A stretch of 64,000 nucleotides of DNA from positions 6,242 through 70,241 of the forward strand of contig WOZK01000030.1 of assembly GCA_011620275.1 (NCBI GenBank), in the 5' to 3' direction. A program made the position numbers and the translations under genes. A model generated the notes under the pieces. The model did no database searches. It worked only from the letters and a program-made list of their open reading frames with translations, and was not told the origin of the DNA. Origin of the DNA: Candidatus Omnitrophota bacterium. GTDB taxonomy: Bacteria > Omnitrophota > Gorgyraeia > Gygaellales > Profunditerraquicolaceae. Shown one piece after another: positions 1 through 10,099 of the stretch; the first letter of the stretch is position 1; every line of letters begins with the position of its first letter.

Positions 1-1055
1 GCCAGCGAAAGAAAAAACCTCTGCCGCGCCCCGACTTTTACTTCCTCCTCTACCACTTCTGGGAAATATCCTTTGCCGCGCATTGCCTCGCTGACCAAAA
101 GCGCCATACCCTGCGACTGGCGCAGGTGCCCGGCTTTTCCGTCGCTAAGAATAAGAACGCGGCGCTGCCTGCCGTATTTCCACACTTTGTACAGCCAGAG
201 GTATTCCCGCGGCGCCGAGGTTATGAGTTTTTCGAAAATCAGCGTTAATCCCTGCAGGTTTTCCCTTATATCTTTTTCACTGTCCCCGCTGCGTTTAACC
301 TCCAGCGGCCCGAGAAGCCGGATCCTGGTATAAGGCCCGCGCAGGCGCTCGTAGAATACCGGGATGACCGCCGCGCCGTATTTCATCGCAATCTTAACGA
401 CGCCGGCCGACATGGAGGCCTCCCTGCCGAAAAAATCCACCCGGATACCGCCGCGGCCGCCCTGGTCGGTGCTTATACCTACCGCCTCGTTCATACGCAG
501 CACCTCAAGCAGCCTGCGCAATTCCTGCCCGCGCTCGATTATCCGGCAGCCTTTTTGCCTGCGGTATCCGTTAAGTAATTTCCCCAGCAGAGGATATCTT
601 TGTTCCCTGACAAAAAGGTTAAACGGCAGACCGAGGACGGCGCATATTATGTTGGAAAGCTCCCAGTTTCCTTCATGTACTCCGGCCAGTAGAACGCCCT
701 TGCCGGCGGCGAAGGCCGCGCGCAGATTCTCCATACCTTCTACGGTTATATACTTGCGCAGATATTCCTCGTCTATCAAAGGAATGAGAAAAAGCTCGGC
801 CAGGTTCTGTCCGTAGCAGCGGTAGAACCCGCGGCATTCCTTTCTTATTTCCTCCGGCCAGAAACGGTCACCCAGAGCGGTCCTGATGTTGTCGTACACC
901 TTCGCCCTGTGGCCGCGGTCGAGGACATAAAAAACGTCTCCCAGAAAAGCGCCTATCTTCAGACACTCTTCCGGCGGCAGCAGCCTGAACAACGGCCCCA
1001 GCGCCTTAAGAACGGTATATGCCAAGCAGTCTATCGCGTAATCTTTGATCGTCAT
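1..1055 (-). CDS. Lipid A late acyltransferase (LpxL/HtrB family) with a C-terminal ELM1/DUF1022-like extension. The 3' end runs off the window edge.
   Basis: Minus-frame translation is open from ATG at 1053-1055 to position 1 (MTIKDYAIDCLAYTVLKALG...). An acyltransferase HxxxxE-type motif (HEGNWE) is present. The distal part reads ...VLILSDGKAGHLRQSQGMA..., which resembles ELM1/DUF1022 N-termini. The gene lies directly downstream of lpxK and waaA. The start overlaps the lpxK 3' end by ~50 nt in another frame, so the true start may be a later Met. Confidence 0.55.
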   Translation of the reverse strand, partial: MTIKDYAIDCLAYTVLKALGPLFRLLPPEECLKIGAFLGDVFYVLDRGHRAKVYDNIRTALGDRFWPEEIRKECRGFYRCYGQNLAELFLIPLIDEEYLRKYITVEGMENLRAAFAAGKGVLLAGVHEGNWELSNIICAVLGLPFNLFVREQRYPLLGKLLNGYRRQKGCRIIERGQELRRLLEVLRMNEAVGISTDQGGRGGIRVDFFGREASMSAGVVKIAMKYGAAVIPVFYERLRGPYTRIRLLGPLEVKRSGDSEKDIRENLQGLTLIFEKLITSAPREYLWLYKVWKYGRQRRVLILSDGKAGHLRQSQGMALLVSEAMRGKGYFPEVVEEEVKVGARQRFFLSL

Positions 1056-2061
1056 CGTTCTCAAACTCCAATTCTATGCGCATCACCCATATCCCGGCCG
1101 GAGGCCTCCTGTCATACAGAACGGACAGCCTGGCGGCGTCCTTCTCGGTCGTGACCACCGGCCTGCCGCGGCCGCCGGCGATGATCGCCTCTATCTCGCG
1201 TCTGCCGTAAAAATAGTGGTCCGGGAATCTGCGTGCGCCGGTTATGCGCGCGCCCGTATTCTCCAGACTCTGTTCGAAAGAGCGTGGAACTGCTATGCCG
1301 GAAAAGACAACGACGTCTTTCCCGGAGAAAAATCCCGGCTCAGTAATCACCCCAGCCGCTTCTCCGGATACCGGATAAAAACCGGCTACCCGATGATTGC
1401 AGCAGAATATGCAGGCGCGCGGATTAAGGAAAGATAACCTCTTTTTAAGAAGTTCCTTCTCCTCCTCTTTTTCACAGCGTGTCAAAACAAATATATCCGC
1501 CCTTTTCAGGGCCGATAACGGTTCACGCAGCATCCCGGCGGGTATTACCCGGCCGTTGCCGAAAGGATTACCCGCATCCACGGTCACTATATCCAGGTCT
1601 TTACTTATGCCCCACTGCTGAAACCCGTCGTCAAGGATAAGCGTATCCGCGCCCCGCGTCTCCATTGCTTTGCGGGCGGAACGCAGCCTTTTTTTGTCGG
1701 TAAGTACCGGTATTAACGGCATCCGGTTCTGCAGCATCAAAGGCTCATCCCCGACGGAGAACCCGCCGGAAGCGCCGTATCCCCGGCTCAATACCGCGGG
1801 ATTGTGGCCGCTACGTTTAAGAAACAAAGCGATGAATTCCACCAGCGGGGTCTTCCCGGTGCCTCCCCAGGTGATATTCCCCACGCTGATGACCGCGCAA
1901 GACAGTTTCCTGCGCCGCGCTGAACGCAGAAAAGAAAGCAGGCCGATACAGCCGGAATATAACCAGGAAAAAGGCGTAAGCAGCCCGGTGATGACCGCGG
2001 CAGTGAAGCCTACGCGCCGCGCCTCGGCTATGGAACGCAGATAATCTGCGGATATCCTCAT
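1006..2061 (-). CDS. lpxK: Tetraacyldisaccharide 4'-kinase
   Basis: 351 aa. P-loop GNITWGGTGKTP is typical of LpxK. Adjacent to waaA. Confidence 0.85.
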   Translation of the reverse strand: MRISADYLRSIAEARRVGFTAAVITGLLTPFSWLYSGCIGLLSFLRSARRRKLSCAVISVGNITWGGTGKTPLVEFIALFLKRSGHNPAVLSRGYGASGGFSVGDEPLMLQNRMPLIPVLTDKKRLRSARKAMETRGADTLILDDGFQQWGISKDLDIVTVDAGNPFGNGRVIPAGMLREPLSALKRADIFVLTRCEKEEEKELLKKRLSFLNPRACIFCCNHRVAGFYPVSGEAAGVITEPGFFSGKDVVVFSGIAVPRSFEQSLENTGARITGARRFPDHYFYGRREIEAIIAGGRGRPVVTTEKDAARLSVLYDRRPPAGIWVMRIELEFENDDDQRLRDRLLGIYRS

Positions 2062-3344
2062 ATACCTTTCCCGTTCACAAGTAGCGCTACGGCGTCCAGC
2101 GTGCGCAGTCCTGCCCCGCGGTGCCTGTCTATTACTCCACGGGCCTTCCTGCCGGCTTCCGCCGCCCAGCCGGGATGATCTAACAGTTCCGTCCAGGCCT
2201 GCGCCAACTGCCCGGTGCCGCCTACGTTTATACAGGCATCATCGCGCGAGAATATGGATATTATCTCACGAAAGTTGAATGTGTAAGGGCCGCAAAGCAC
2301 CGGTTTAGACCAGCTTGCCGGTTCTATGATATTGTGCCCGCCTCTCGGCACTAGGCTGCCGCCCACGAATACCGCGTAAGCTGCGCCGTAATAATCGAAT
2401 AATTTCCCCACGCTGTCCAGGACAAAAACCGCTTTGCTGTCTTCCCGCCCGTCTCCGCCGCCTTTCTCCAGCTCCGAGACCATGACCGCATAGAACCCTC
2501 GCGCCCGCAGCAGGCCGGCGACCTCTACGGCGCGGCGGGGATGCCTGGGCGCCAGCAGCAGGCGCACGTGCCGTCTTCCTGCCGCGGCAGTTTCATACGC
2601 CCTCAATACAAGCTCCTCTTCACCTTCATGTGTGGACCCGGCTACAAGAAGACGTTCTTCCTCTCCCAGCCCCAGGGTCAGCCTGCAGGCGCCCGCGGCC
2701 GCCACCGACACTGAAGATATACCGACGTCAAACTTCAGGTTCCCTGTGACTTTTATTCTGTCGTTCTCCACCCCCAGGGAAACAAGCCTTTCGGCATCTT
2801 CTTCGGTCTGCACGCAGAAAAATCCGATCTTACGCAGCAGCGGAGCAAAAAGCACCTTCAGCCTGGCATAGCCGCGCAGCGAACGGTCCGAGATCCTCCC
2901 GTTAATCACCGCTGCCGGTACCCCGTATGCGTGCAGCGCGCTCAAGAGGTTCGGCCAGAACTCCGTTTCCGCCGCCAGGAAAAGCCTAGGCCGCATGCGC
3001 CGCAATACCGACCGCACAACCAGGCTGAAATCGAAAGGGAGATAAATGACGACGTCCTGCGGCTGCGCGAAGGAACGCGCCACCTGGTTACCGGTCGGAG
3101 TAACCGTGGAAAAAACCATCTGCACTCCCGGATAACGTCCGCGCAGCCCGGAAACAAACTCCTTAACCGCCATTGCTTCTCCCACGCTTACCGTGTGTAT
3201 CCATATCGGGGAGTTGAAGACGATCCCCTTAGGCATTATACCGAGCCTGCAGAGAAAGCCTGAATGCAGTTTCCTTTTTACCAGGTAAACCGGGAGAAAG
3301 AAAAGAAAGATCAGAAAAAATATGAGGTCGTAGAAAAAAGCCAT
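2058..3344 (-). CDS. waaA: 3-deoxy-D-manno-octulosonic acid (Kdo) transferase
   Basis: 428 aa. N-terminal membrane anchor and the WIHTVSVGE motif characteristic of KdtA/WaaA. 4-nt overlap with lpxK. Confidence 0.85.
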   Translation of the reverse strand: MAFFYDLIFFLIFLFFLPVYLVKRKLHSGFLCRLGIMPKGIVFNSPIWIHTVSVGEAMAVKEFVSGLRGRYPGVQMVFSTVTPTGNQVARSFAQPQDVVIYLPFDFSLVVRSVLRRMRPRLFLAAETEFWPNLLSALHAYGVPAAVINGRISDRSLRGYARLKVLFAPLLRKIGFFCVQTEEDAERLVSLGVENDRIKVTGNLKFDVGISSVSVAAAGACRLTLGLGEEERLLVAGSTHEGEEELVLRAYETAAAGRRHVRLLLAPRHPRRAVEVAGLLRARGFYAVMVSELEKGGGDGREDSKAVFVLDSVGKLFDYYGAAYAVFVGGSLVPRGGHNIIEPASWSKPVLCGPYTFNFREIISIFSRDDACINVGGTGQLAQAWTELLDHPGWAAEAGRKARGVIDRHRGAGLRTLDAVALLVNGKGI

Positions 3345-3356
3345 ATTTTTCCCTTC

Positions 3357-4229
3357 CTATGCCCTGGGATGGGCCTTGTCGTAAACCGCCTTCAGGCGTT
3401 CGGTGGTAAGATGCGTGTATATCTGCGTCGTGGAAAGATTGGCATGCCCAAGCAGTTCCTGCACACTTCTCAGGTCGGCGCCGCGGTTCAAAAGATGAGT
3501 GGCAAAAGAATGCCTCAGGGTGTGCGGAGAAACCCCTTTTTTCATACCGGCGAGCCTGAAATATCCGGCTACCACCATCCGCACCCCGCGGGCCGTGATC
3601 GGGCGTCCCTTTAAGTTAAGAAAGATCTCGTCCCGCAGGGAATTCCTTTTCTCCAGGTAAGCGTTCAGGGCGCGCAGCGCCGGCTCCCCGATGGGAACGA
3701 TACGTTCTTTCCTCCCCTTGCCGAGGACTTTCACCACGCCGCCTATGAAATCCACGGCCGCCAGTTTCAATCCGGAGAGCTCGGAGATACGCATTCCGGT
3801 GCTGTAGAACACCTCGAGTATGGCCTTGTCCCGCAGACGAACGGCTTCATTCTTTCCGGCACCGGGGATGGAATCAAAAAGACGGACCACCTCTTCTTCG
3901 GTGAGGAATTCCGGCAAATGCCGGTCCAGCCGGGGAGTGGAAACCCCGGAAACGGGATTATGCTTCACAAGCCCTTCCCGGCAGAGGAAATTAAAGAACG
4001 ACCGCAGACAGGAAAGCCGCCGCGCGACGCTGCGGGAAGCAAGTTTTTTCTCTTTCAGCGAAGCGAGATATTTCCTTATTTCCAGGTAACCAATCGCACC
4101 CGTCTCCTGCCCGGAGCAAAAAGAAACAAAATCCTGCAGGTCTATCCGGTAATTCAACAGTGTGTGCGGAGAATAATTCTTCTCAATCTCGAGATAACGC
4201 AGAAACCGTTCCACGTACCTGCCCGTCAT
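3357..4229 (-). CDS. xerC: Tyrosine site-specific recombinase XerC/XerD
   Basis: C-terminal ...LLGHANLSTTQIYTHL... with R..H..R..Y catalytic residues. Start placed at the second Met (MTGRYVERF) to give a 4-nt overlap with topA. Position after dprA-topA is conserved in many bacteria. Confidence 0.8.
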   Translation of the reverse strand: MTGRYVERFLRYLEIEKNYSPHTLLNYRIDLQDFVSFCSGQETGAIGYLEIRKYLASLKEKKLASRSVARRLSCLRSFFNFLCREGLVKHNPVSGVSTPRLDRHLPEFLTEEEVVRLFDSIPGAGKNEAVRLRDKAILEVFYSTGMRISELSGLKLAAVDFIGGVVKVLGKGRKERIVPIGEPALRALNAYLEKRNSLRDEIFLNLKGRPITARGVRMVVAGYFRLAGMKKGVSPHTLRHSFATHLLNRGADLRSVQELLGHANLSTTQIYTHLTTERLKAVYDKAHPRA

Positions 4230-6190
4230 TTGGTCTCTCCCGGAAGGGTGCTGGAGACGTAGCGGCATTCAGGATAACGGCTGCAGCCGTAGAAAACGCC
4301 CCGGCGGGAATGCCTCTCTATCAATTCCCCCGAGCAGCCGGGCTGTGGGCATTTCACCCCCGTGGTGATGGACTTGGCGTGTTTACACTCCGGAAAACCG
4401 GAACAGCTGAGAAACTTACCTTTCCTTCCCCATTTCACCACCATCGGCTTGCCGCATTTCTCGCAGGCTTCCCCGGTGACGACGACTTCCTTCTTTATAT
4501 CTCCCTGGGCGAAATCCAGGGCCTGCTTGAAAGGCTGGTAGAACTCCTCCAGCACCTGCACGTGGCGCAGTTGACCTTCCTCTATACCGTCCAGTTTCTC
4601 CTCCATGCGGGCGGTAAATTTCACATCCATTATCCCGGGGAAATAACGCACCAGCAGATCGCAGACCTTTCTCCCCAGTTCCGTGGGATGGAAATAACCT
4701 TTAATCCTGCGCACATAATCTCTCAGCAAAAGGGTCTGTATGATGGGAGCATAGGTGGACGGCCTGCCGATGCCCTCTTCTTCCAGAGTCTTGACCAGCG
4801 AGCTGTCGGAGAACCTGGGCGGCGGCTTGGTGAAATGCTGAGACGGATTCAGCCCTCTCAACTGAAGGATATCGCCTTCTTTCAACTCCGGCATCGCCGG
4901 CTGCCCCTCTTCCTGCTCCTCCTCTTTTCTATAGACGGAAAGACAGCCGTCGAAAACCAGCCTGCTGCCTGAGGCGCTGAGGGAATAAACACCGGCATTG
5001 ATTGAGACCGAAGTCACGGAATAACGCGCCGGTGTCATCTGGCTGGAGATAAACCTGCGGTAGATCAGTTCATAAAGCTTGTACTGCTCCGGAGTAAGCA
5101 GATCGCGCAACTGCTCCGGGAATCTGGACACGGCAGACGGTCGTATCGCTTCATGAGCCTCCTGCGCGTTCTTGCGGGACTTATATACATTGGGTTTATC
5201 GGGAAGATATTCCGCCCCGTATTTATCTTTGATAAAATCGCGCGCCTCTTTTACTGCCGAGGCCGCCACGTTCGTGGAATCTGTCCTCATATAGGTTATC
5301 AGACCCACGGGGCCTTCACCTGCGAGATCCACTCCTTCATATAACTGCTGGGCGATCTGCATGGTGCGGCTGGAATTGAACTTCAGCTTGTTGAAACCCT
5401 CCTGCTGCAGAGTGCTGGTAATGAACGGGGGTTCCGGGTTGCGTTTCTTCTCTTTACGCGTTATCGAAACGACCGAGAAAACGCTTTTCTCGAGCTTTTC
5501 TGCGATCCTGTCGGCTTCTTCCTTGTTCTTTATCTCGATTTTCTCCCCGTCCGCTTTATCCAGCTTGGCGGCGAAGTCCGCCCCACCCGGCTTCCCGAGC
5601 AGGGCATCGATCTCCCAATACTCCCTGGGAACGAAACTTTCTATCTGCCGCTCCCTTTCCGCGATGATACGCAGGGCGACCGACTGCACCCTCCCGGCGC
5701 TCAAACCGCGCGCCATCTTTTTCCAGAGCAATGGGCTCAGATAATACCCGACTATCCTGTCCAGCACGCGCCTGCCTGTCTGCGCCTCGATCATGCTGGC
5801 GTCAAACTCGCGCGGATGCTCGAACGCGTTCTTCACCGCCTGCGGGGTGATTTCGTGAAAAACAACACGAAGTATTTTTTTGCCCGCCGGGAGCCTCTCC
5901 TTTATATGCCATCCGATGGCCTCACCCTCCCGGTCCGGATCGGTGGCCACATATACTTCCTGGGAACCGGCCGCCTCTTTCTTAAGTTTGCTCAAGAGCG
6001 ACTGTCTTGATTTCATCACCACGTAACGCGGGACAAAACCGTTATCGACGTCCACTCCGAGCTGGCGTTGCGGCAGATCTATAAGATGGCCCATCGAGGA
6101 AGTAACGGAAAACCCCTCCCCGAGTATCCTGCCGATCGTTCTTGCTTTGGTTGGAGACTCGACTATAACCAGCTTCTTGCCTGATTTCAT
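4226..6190 (-). CDS. topA: DNA topoisomerase I
   Basis: 654 aa. TOPRIM N-terminus (KKLVIVESPTKARTI) and C-terminal zinc-ribbon repeats (CEKCGKPMVVKWGRKGKFLSCSGFPEC). Confidence 0.9.
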   Translation of the reverse strand: MKSGKKLVIVESPTKARTIGRILGEGFSVTSSMGHLIDLPQRQLGVDVDNGFVPRYVVMKSRQSLLSKLKKEAAGSQEVYVATDPDREGEAIGWHIKERLPAGKKILRVVFHEITPQAVKNAFEHPREFDASMIEAQTGRRVLDRIVGYYLSPLLWKKMARGLSAGRVQSVALRIIAERERQIESFVPREYWEIDALLGKPGGADFAAKLDKADGEKIEIKNKEEADRIAEKLEKSVFSVVSITRKEKKRNPEPPFITSTLQQEGFNKLKFNSSRTMQIAQQLYEGVDLAGEGPVGLITYMRTDSTNVAASAVKEARDFIKDKYGAEYLPDKPNVYKSRKNAQEAHEAIRPSAVSRFPEQLRDLLTPEQYKLYELIYRRFISSQMTPARYSVTSVSINAGVYSLSASGSRLVFDGCLSVYRKEEEQEEGQPAMPELKEGDILQLRGLNPSQHFTKPPPRFSDSSLVKTLEEEGIGRPSTYAPIIQTLLLRDYVRRIKGYFHPTELGRKVCDLLVRYFPGIMDVKFTARMEEKLDGIEEGQLRHVQVLEEFYQPFKQALDFAQGDIKKEVVVTGEACEKCGKPMVVKWGRKGKFLSCSGFPECKHAKSITTGVKCPQPGCSGELIERHSRRGVFYGCSRYPECRYVSSTLPGETK

Positions 6191-6191
6191 A

Positions 6192-7280
6192 TCATATCCT
6201 CGTAAAGTAGCCGCCCGGCAGTTGCCTGATCTTTTTCCTCAATTGCAGCGACAGCAGTAATTCCGCTGCGCGCGCGGCGGATAATCCGGTTTTAAGCGTT
6301 ATTCCCTCTTTGTGAATCTTTCCCCCGCTCATAACATCCAGCACCGCGGCTTCCACGGCCGGTATATCTTCGCCTTTACCGGTACTCTCATTTTTCCCGG
6401 CGTTCTTCTCCGGCCGCAGCAAAGGGAATTCATCGGTTATATCCGAAGGCGAACAAACGATCTTTGCCCCCTGCTGGATCAAAGAATTTGTCCCCCAGGC
6501 ATTGGCAGAATCCACCCTGCCGGGGAGCGCGAAAACCTCCCTGCCCTGCTCCAGGGCGAAATCCACGGTAATCAACGCCCCGCTGTTCCTGGCAGCTTCC
6601 ACCACCAGCACCCCGAGACTCAATCCGCTTATTATACGGTTGCGCCGCGGAAAGTTACGTTTCAGAGGCGCCGTTGAAAGCGGGAACTCCGAAACCACCG
6701 CCCCGCGGGCGGATATCTCATCCACAAGCTTCCCGTTCTCCGGGGGATAAATATCGGCGAACCCGCTGCCCATTACCGCGATGGTCCTGCCGCCGGCCTT
6801 AAGCGCCCCCTTGTGCGCCTGAGTATCTATACCGCGCGCCATACCGGAAACCACACACCACCCGGAAGCCGCCAAATCATAAGCGAACTTCTCGGAACAG
6901 GAAAGGCCGTATAACGACGCCCGTCTGCTGCCCACAACCGCCACGGCAAAACGGTCTTCATCGCGGATTTCGCCCCGCACATAAAGCACAAGCGGATACC
7001 CGGGTATTGAGACGAGGTTAACCGGGTATGCCGGATCCAGGCAGGTGATTATCCCTACCCCCAACGCGGCGGCGGCGGACAATTCCTGCCGCAGCATATC
7101 TTCTTTGAAAGAGCTTATACTCCGCGCGGACGAATCGCTTACCCCAGCGGCAACCAGCTGCGCGCAGGTGGCGGAAAATATCTCCTGAATGGCCGCGAAA
7201 GAAACCGATAAGGCCTTCAGCCGCCTGCTGCCTATATCGGAAACGAGATTAAGCGCTATCAACGCCTCCCTGTCCGTCAC
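6192..7280 (-). CDS. dprA: DNA processing protein DprA/Smf
   Basis: 362 aa, Rossmann-like DprA core, GTG start with GGAGGA SD 7 nt upstream. Abuts topA. Confidence 0.85.
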   Translation of the reverse strand: MTDREALIALNLVSDIGSRRLKALSVSFAAIQEIFSATCAQLVAAGVSDSSARSISSFKEDMLRQELSAAAALGVGIITCLDPAYPVNLVSIPGYPLVLYVRGEIRDEDRFAVAVVGSRRASLYGLSCSEKFAYDLAASGWCVVSGMARGIDTQAHKGALKAGGRTIAVMGSGFADIYPPENGKLVDEISARGAVVSEFPLSTAPLKRNFPRRNRIISGLSLGVLVVEAARNSGALITVDFALEQGREVFALPGRVDSANAWGTNSLIQQGAKIVCSPSDITDEFPLLRPEKNAGKNESTGKGEDIPAVEAAVLDVMSGGKIHKEGITLKTGLSAARAAELLLSLQLRKKIRQLPGGYFTRI

Positions 7281-7525
7281 CGGCTTATCCTCCGTGCCAC
7301 TAAAATCCGGCGTTCAAACAAAAGCATTTTACTATCTTTGCCCCCGGAACGCAAAACAAAAGTAAAGAAAGCTTCTGTATCACGTAAGTAAATACTTGGC
7401 AGATCCTCTTGCCTGAGAGCCGGGGACCTATAACCTAAAACCTGTTTCTGAACAGTCCATCCAACATAATAGACGGTATTAAACGGCAATATCTAACAGG
7501 GATTTATGAGCGTTGACGGGTGAGA

Positions 7526-7588
7526 TCTGCGGTTTTGAATGAAGCTCCCCGGGCTGAACAGGCCGGGGATTTTTGCGGTTTGATTAAA
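7526..7588 (-). repeat. REP-like intergenic element, copy 1. Half-repeat TCTGCGGTTTTGAAT, GC hairpin, conserved core GCCGGGGATTTTTGCGGTTTGATTAA.
   Basis: The core is near-identical to copies at 9422-9447 and 29845-29870. It sits 6 nt downstream of the aroK stop codon on the transcribed strand. Confidence 0.7.
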
Positions 7589-7594
7589 CAAAAT

Positions 7595-8176
7595 CTACTT
7601 TTTCTCCTCCTGTCCTCTTACCTTGATTATTTTATCTTCATATAGTTTTTCTATATACGCGGCTGCATCGCCGATTCCCATAGAGGAGGTATCAACGCTC
7701 GCGTCCGCCAGAGCGTAATAGTGCTCACGCTGTTTCAACAATTCTCCTATCCTGGACACCGGATCCGGGACGTTTAACAAAGGGCGGTTGGAAAAGACGC
7801 GGGTTCTCGCATAGATAACTTCCGGGGCGGCGCAAAGGCAAACAAGTATCCCGCGCTGTTTCATCAGGGCGACATTTTCATTATCGATCACTATGCCGCC
7901 GCCGCATGACACCACTTTGCTGTCCGAAAAACAAACATCTATCAACGCCTCTTTTTCCAGCTTTCTGAAGAAAACCTCCCCTTCGGAGGCGAAGATATCC
8001 GGGATACTGCGCCTCTGCCGCGCCTCTATCAGCTCATCCAGATCGACAAAATCCCGCTTCATTCTTGCCGCAAGCGCCCTGCCTACGGAAGACTTTCCGG
8101 TGCCCATGAATCCAACCAGGAAAATGTTATTCGGCCGTCCCTGTATAATATTTTTCTCCCGAGCGCCGCTCATTTC
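7595..8176 (-). CDS. aroK: Shikimate kinase
   Basis: P-loop GFMGTGKSSVGRALA. Start placed at the internal Met (MSGAREKN) so the gene abuts the aroC stop. The ORF-track start at 8227 would overlap aroC by 58 nt. Confidence 0.8.
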   Translation of the reverse strand, partial: EMSGAREKNIIQGRPNNIFLVGFMGTGKSSVGRALAARMKRDFVDLDELIEARQRRSIPDIFASEGEVFFRKLEKEALIDVCFSDSKVVSCGGGIVIDNENVALMKQRGILVCLCAAPEVIYARTRVFSNRPLLNVPDPVSRIGELLKQREHYYALADASVDTSSMGIGDAAAYIEKLYEDKIIKVRGQEEKK

Positions 8177-9213
8177 TTTATCCTTTTGAGATAATCGCGG
8201 TAAGCGGAATTTATGTCCTCCAGACAATCTCCCCCGAATTTCTCCAGGAACGCGCCGGCCAGCACCGCGGCGCAGACCGCCTCACCGACCACCCCGGCTG
8301 CTTCCACCACCGCGACATCGGAACGTTCTACCGCGGCCTTGGCGCTTTTCTTTGTATTTATATTTACGGACTCCAGAGGAACCAGCAGGGTACAAATCGG
8401 CTTCATACATGCGCGCAGGACTATTTCTTCCCCGTTGGATATTCCGCCTTCGATGCCGCCGGCATTATTGCTTTTTCTAAAATATCCCCTGCCTCTTGAA
8501 TATCCGGCAGAGTCATGGCATTTCGAACCGGGTTTATCGGCGTAACCGAATCCCAGGCCGAACTCCACCGCTTTAACTCCGGGAATAGAGATAAATGCCG
8601 CGGCGAGCGCGGCGTCCAGCCTTTTATCGTACTGCGCGTAAGTCCCCAACCCGGCCGGCACACCGGCAACGGAGACTTCAAAAATCCCTCCCACGGTGTC
8701 GCCGCTCTTTTTCGCCCTGTCTATCACGGCCTTAAACGCGGAAATATTCGTCTCTCCGCCTACTTTAAGCACGCGGGAGGTGAACTTCATCCCGAAATAC
8801 TCCAACAGTATGCGGCAGAGTGAACCGGCGGCCACGCGCGCCGCGGTCTCTCTCGCCGAAGCCCGCTCCAGAACGTCGCGAACGTCCCCTAAACCATACT
8901 TGAGCAATCCGGCTAAATCGGCGTGCCCCGGCCTTGGGCAGGCTACCGAAGGCATCCGCTCTATGCTGAAATCCCGGTTCACGATCCTGATAGAGAGCGG
9001 ACTGCCTATAGTCAAGCCTCTGCGCAGGCCGGAAACGATCTCAGCTCTGTCCGTCTCGATCTTCATTCTTCCGCCGCGCCCGTATCCCTGCTGTCTGCGC
9101 CGTAATTGAAAATTTATCTTCTCCGCGTCCACCCTCAAACCTGCGGGCATTCCGTCGACGACCGTTATTAAAGCCCGGCCGTGAGACTCTCCGGCAGTAA
9201 GAAATCTCAACAT
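8170..9213 (-). CDS. aroC: Chorismate synthase
   Basis: 347 aa. N-terminal [12 protein letters not shown] is the canonical AroC start. AAGGAGG SD upstream. Confidence 0.9.
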   Translation of the reverse strand: MLRFLTAGESHGRALITVVDGMPAGLRVDAEKINFQLRRRQQGYGRGGRMKIETDRAEIVSGLRRGLTIGSPLSIRIVNRDFSIERMPSVACPRPGHADLAGLLKYGLGDVRDVLERASARETAARVAAGSLCRILLEYFGMKFTSRVLKVGGETNISAFKAVIDRAKKSGDTVGGIFEVSVAGVPAGLGTYAQYDKRLDAALAAAFISIPGVKAVEFGLGFGYADKPGSKCHDSAGYSRGRGYFRKSNNAGGIEGGISNGEEIVLRACMKPICTLLVPLESVNINTKKSAKAAVERSDVAVVEAAGVVGEAVCAAVLAGAFLEKFGGDCLEDINSAYRDYLKRIKK

Positions 9214-9219
9214 GACATT

Positions 9220-9262
9220 CCTCCTTAAAATGAAGTTCTCCGGGCTTCAATCCCCGGGTAAT
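9220..9262 (-). promoter_or_regulatory. Hairpin / U-rich / SD module immediately upstream of aroC. Degenerate copy of the REP-like element.
   Basis: Plus strand ctccttaaaatgaagttctccgggcttcaatccccggg is nearly identical to the purM upstream module at 29815-29851. Confidence 0.5.
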
Positions 9263-9400
9263 CCTAAGGACAAATCCACTCGGAATTTTCGCACGAGCGA
9301 ATACCGAACCTCCCAATTGGTTCGGGTATCACACAGGTGAATACTTTCACACTGGTGAACACCTGCCTCTCAATTAAGGCGGGGTGTTATTCCGATAGGC

Positions 9401-9447
9401 CAAAGTAAATCCGGCTTGAAAGCCGGGGATTTCTGCGGTTTGATTAA
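9401..9447 (-). repeat. REP-like element, copy 2. The conserved core overlaps the stop codon of the nuclease gene. Followed by hairpin CCGGCUUUCAAGCCGG and a U-rich tract (intrinsic-terminator-like).
   Basis: Core AGCCGGGGATTTCTGCGGTTTGATTAA. The TAA stop of CDS 9444-9998 lies inside GATTAA. Confidence 0.7.
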
Positions 9448-9998
9448 TCCTTCCAGAGACCGCGCCGCTTTTCCCTGGCCTCCTTGTAGCGGACGTGCAA
9501 CAGCTCGGCATATTTGACGTTCGGCGAAATAGTCAATAAAGAAGCATACCCGTTGGCGACGATCTCTGCGTTAACGAAAGTCCCATCCGGCAGATAAACG
9601 TAGGCCAAAAGCCTGTTGTATTTATCCCTGCGCTCCACATCGAATTCCAGCCTGACCTTTTTCCCTTCCACGAGCCCGCGGGTGAACGCCGCGGCACTTT
9701 TTCCCATATGTTTGATCGTGCGTACATCCTGCATCGTGCGCTTGGCGTCACGGTAAAGCTTCTTCGACTCGTGGCACTCCGGGGTATCTATACCGATCAA
9801 CCGCACGCGTTCACCATTCTCAAGCAGAAGCGTATCTCCGTCTACCGCGCGTTTAACGATGATATTATTATAATCATACTTTCGCCCCAGAGAAGATAAA
9901 ACGCTCCCTTTCCCGGGATAAGACGAAGCGGCATAAGAAACACCGCAGGCCAGGCATAAAATTGACATTATAAAAACAAGTTTACTGATTTTTCGCAT
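9444..9998 (-). CDS. Secreted thermonuclease (staphylococcal nuclease / SNase-like)
   Basis: 184 aa. N-terminal signal peptide. SNase motifs VDGDTLLL...GERVRLIGIDTPE and C-terminal ...RGLWKD. Confidence 0.75.
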   Translation of the reverse strand: MRKISKLVFIMSILCLACGVSYAASSYPGKGSVLSSLGRKYDYNNIIVKRAVDGDTLLLENGERVRLIGIDTPECHESKKLYRDAKRTMQDVRTIKHMGKSAAAFTRGLVEGKKVRLEFDVERRDKYNRLLAYVYLPDGTFVNAEIVANGYASLLTISPNVKYAELLHVRYKEAREKRRGLWKD

Positions 9999-10099
9999 TC
10001 ATTCCCCCTTATAGAGCCCCTCAGACTAAGATCCCGAGGCTACTTTTTCCGGCGAAGCCGATACACAGCGTAATATTCGGCTGTATGATCATTCCCTTA

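Noticed and set aside
4160-4972. Long plus-strand ORFs overlapping minus-strand genes (e.g. 4160-4972, 24598-25704, 46613-47497, 52132-53463, 61024-62253)
   Set aside because: They lie antisense to well-supported conserved genes (topA, tsaC fusion, carB, metE-like, malQ). They have Ala/Arg/Gly/Pro-rich low-complexity translations typical of shadow ORFs in high-GC DNA.
7277-7489. 70-aa minus-strand ORF between aroK and dprA
   Set aside because: It overlaps the dprA start/RBS region, has no SD and has poor composition. It is probably intergenic.
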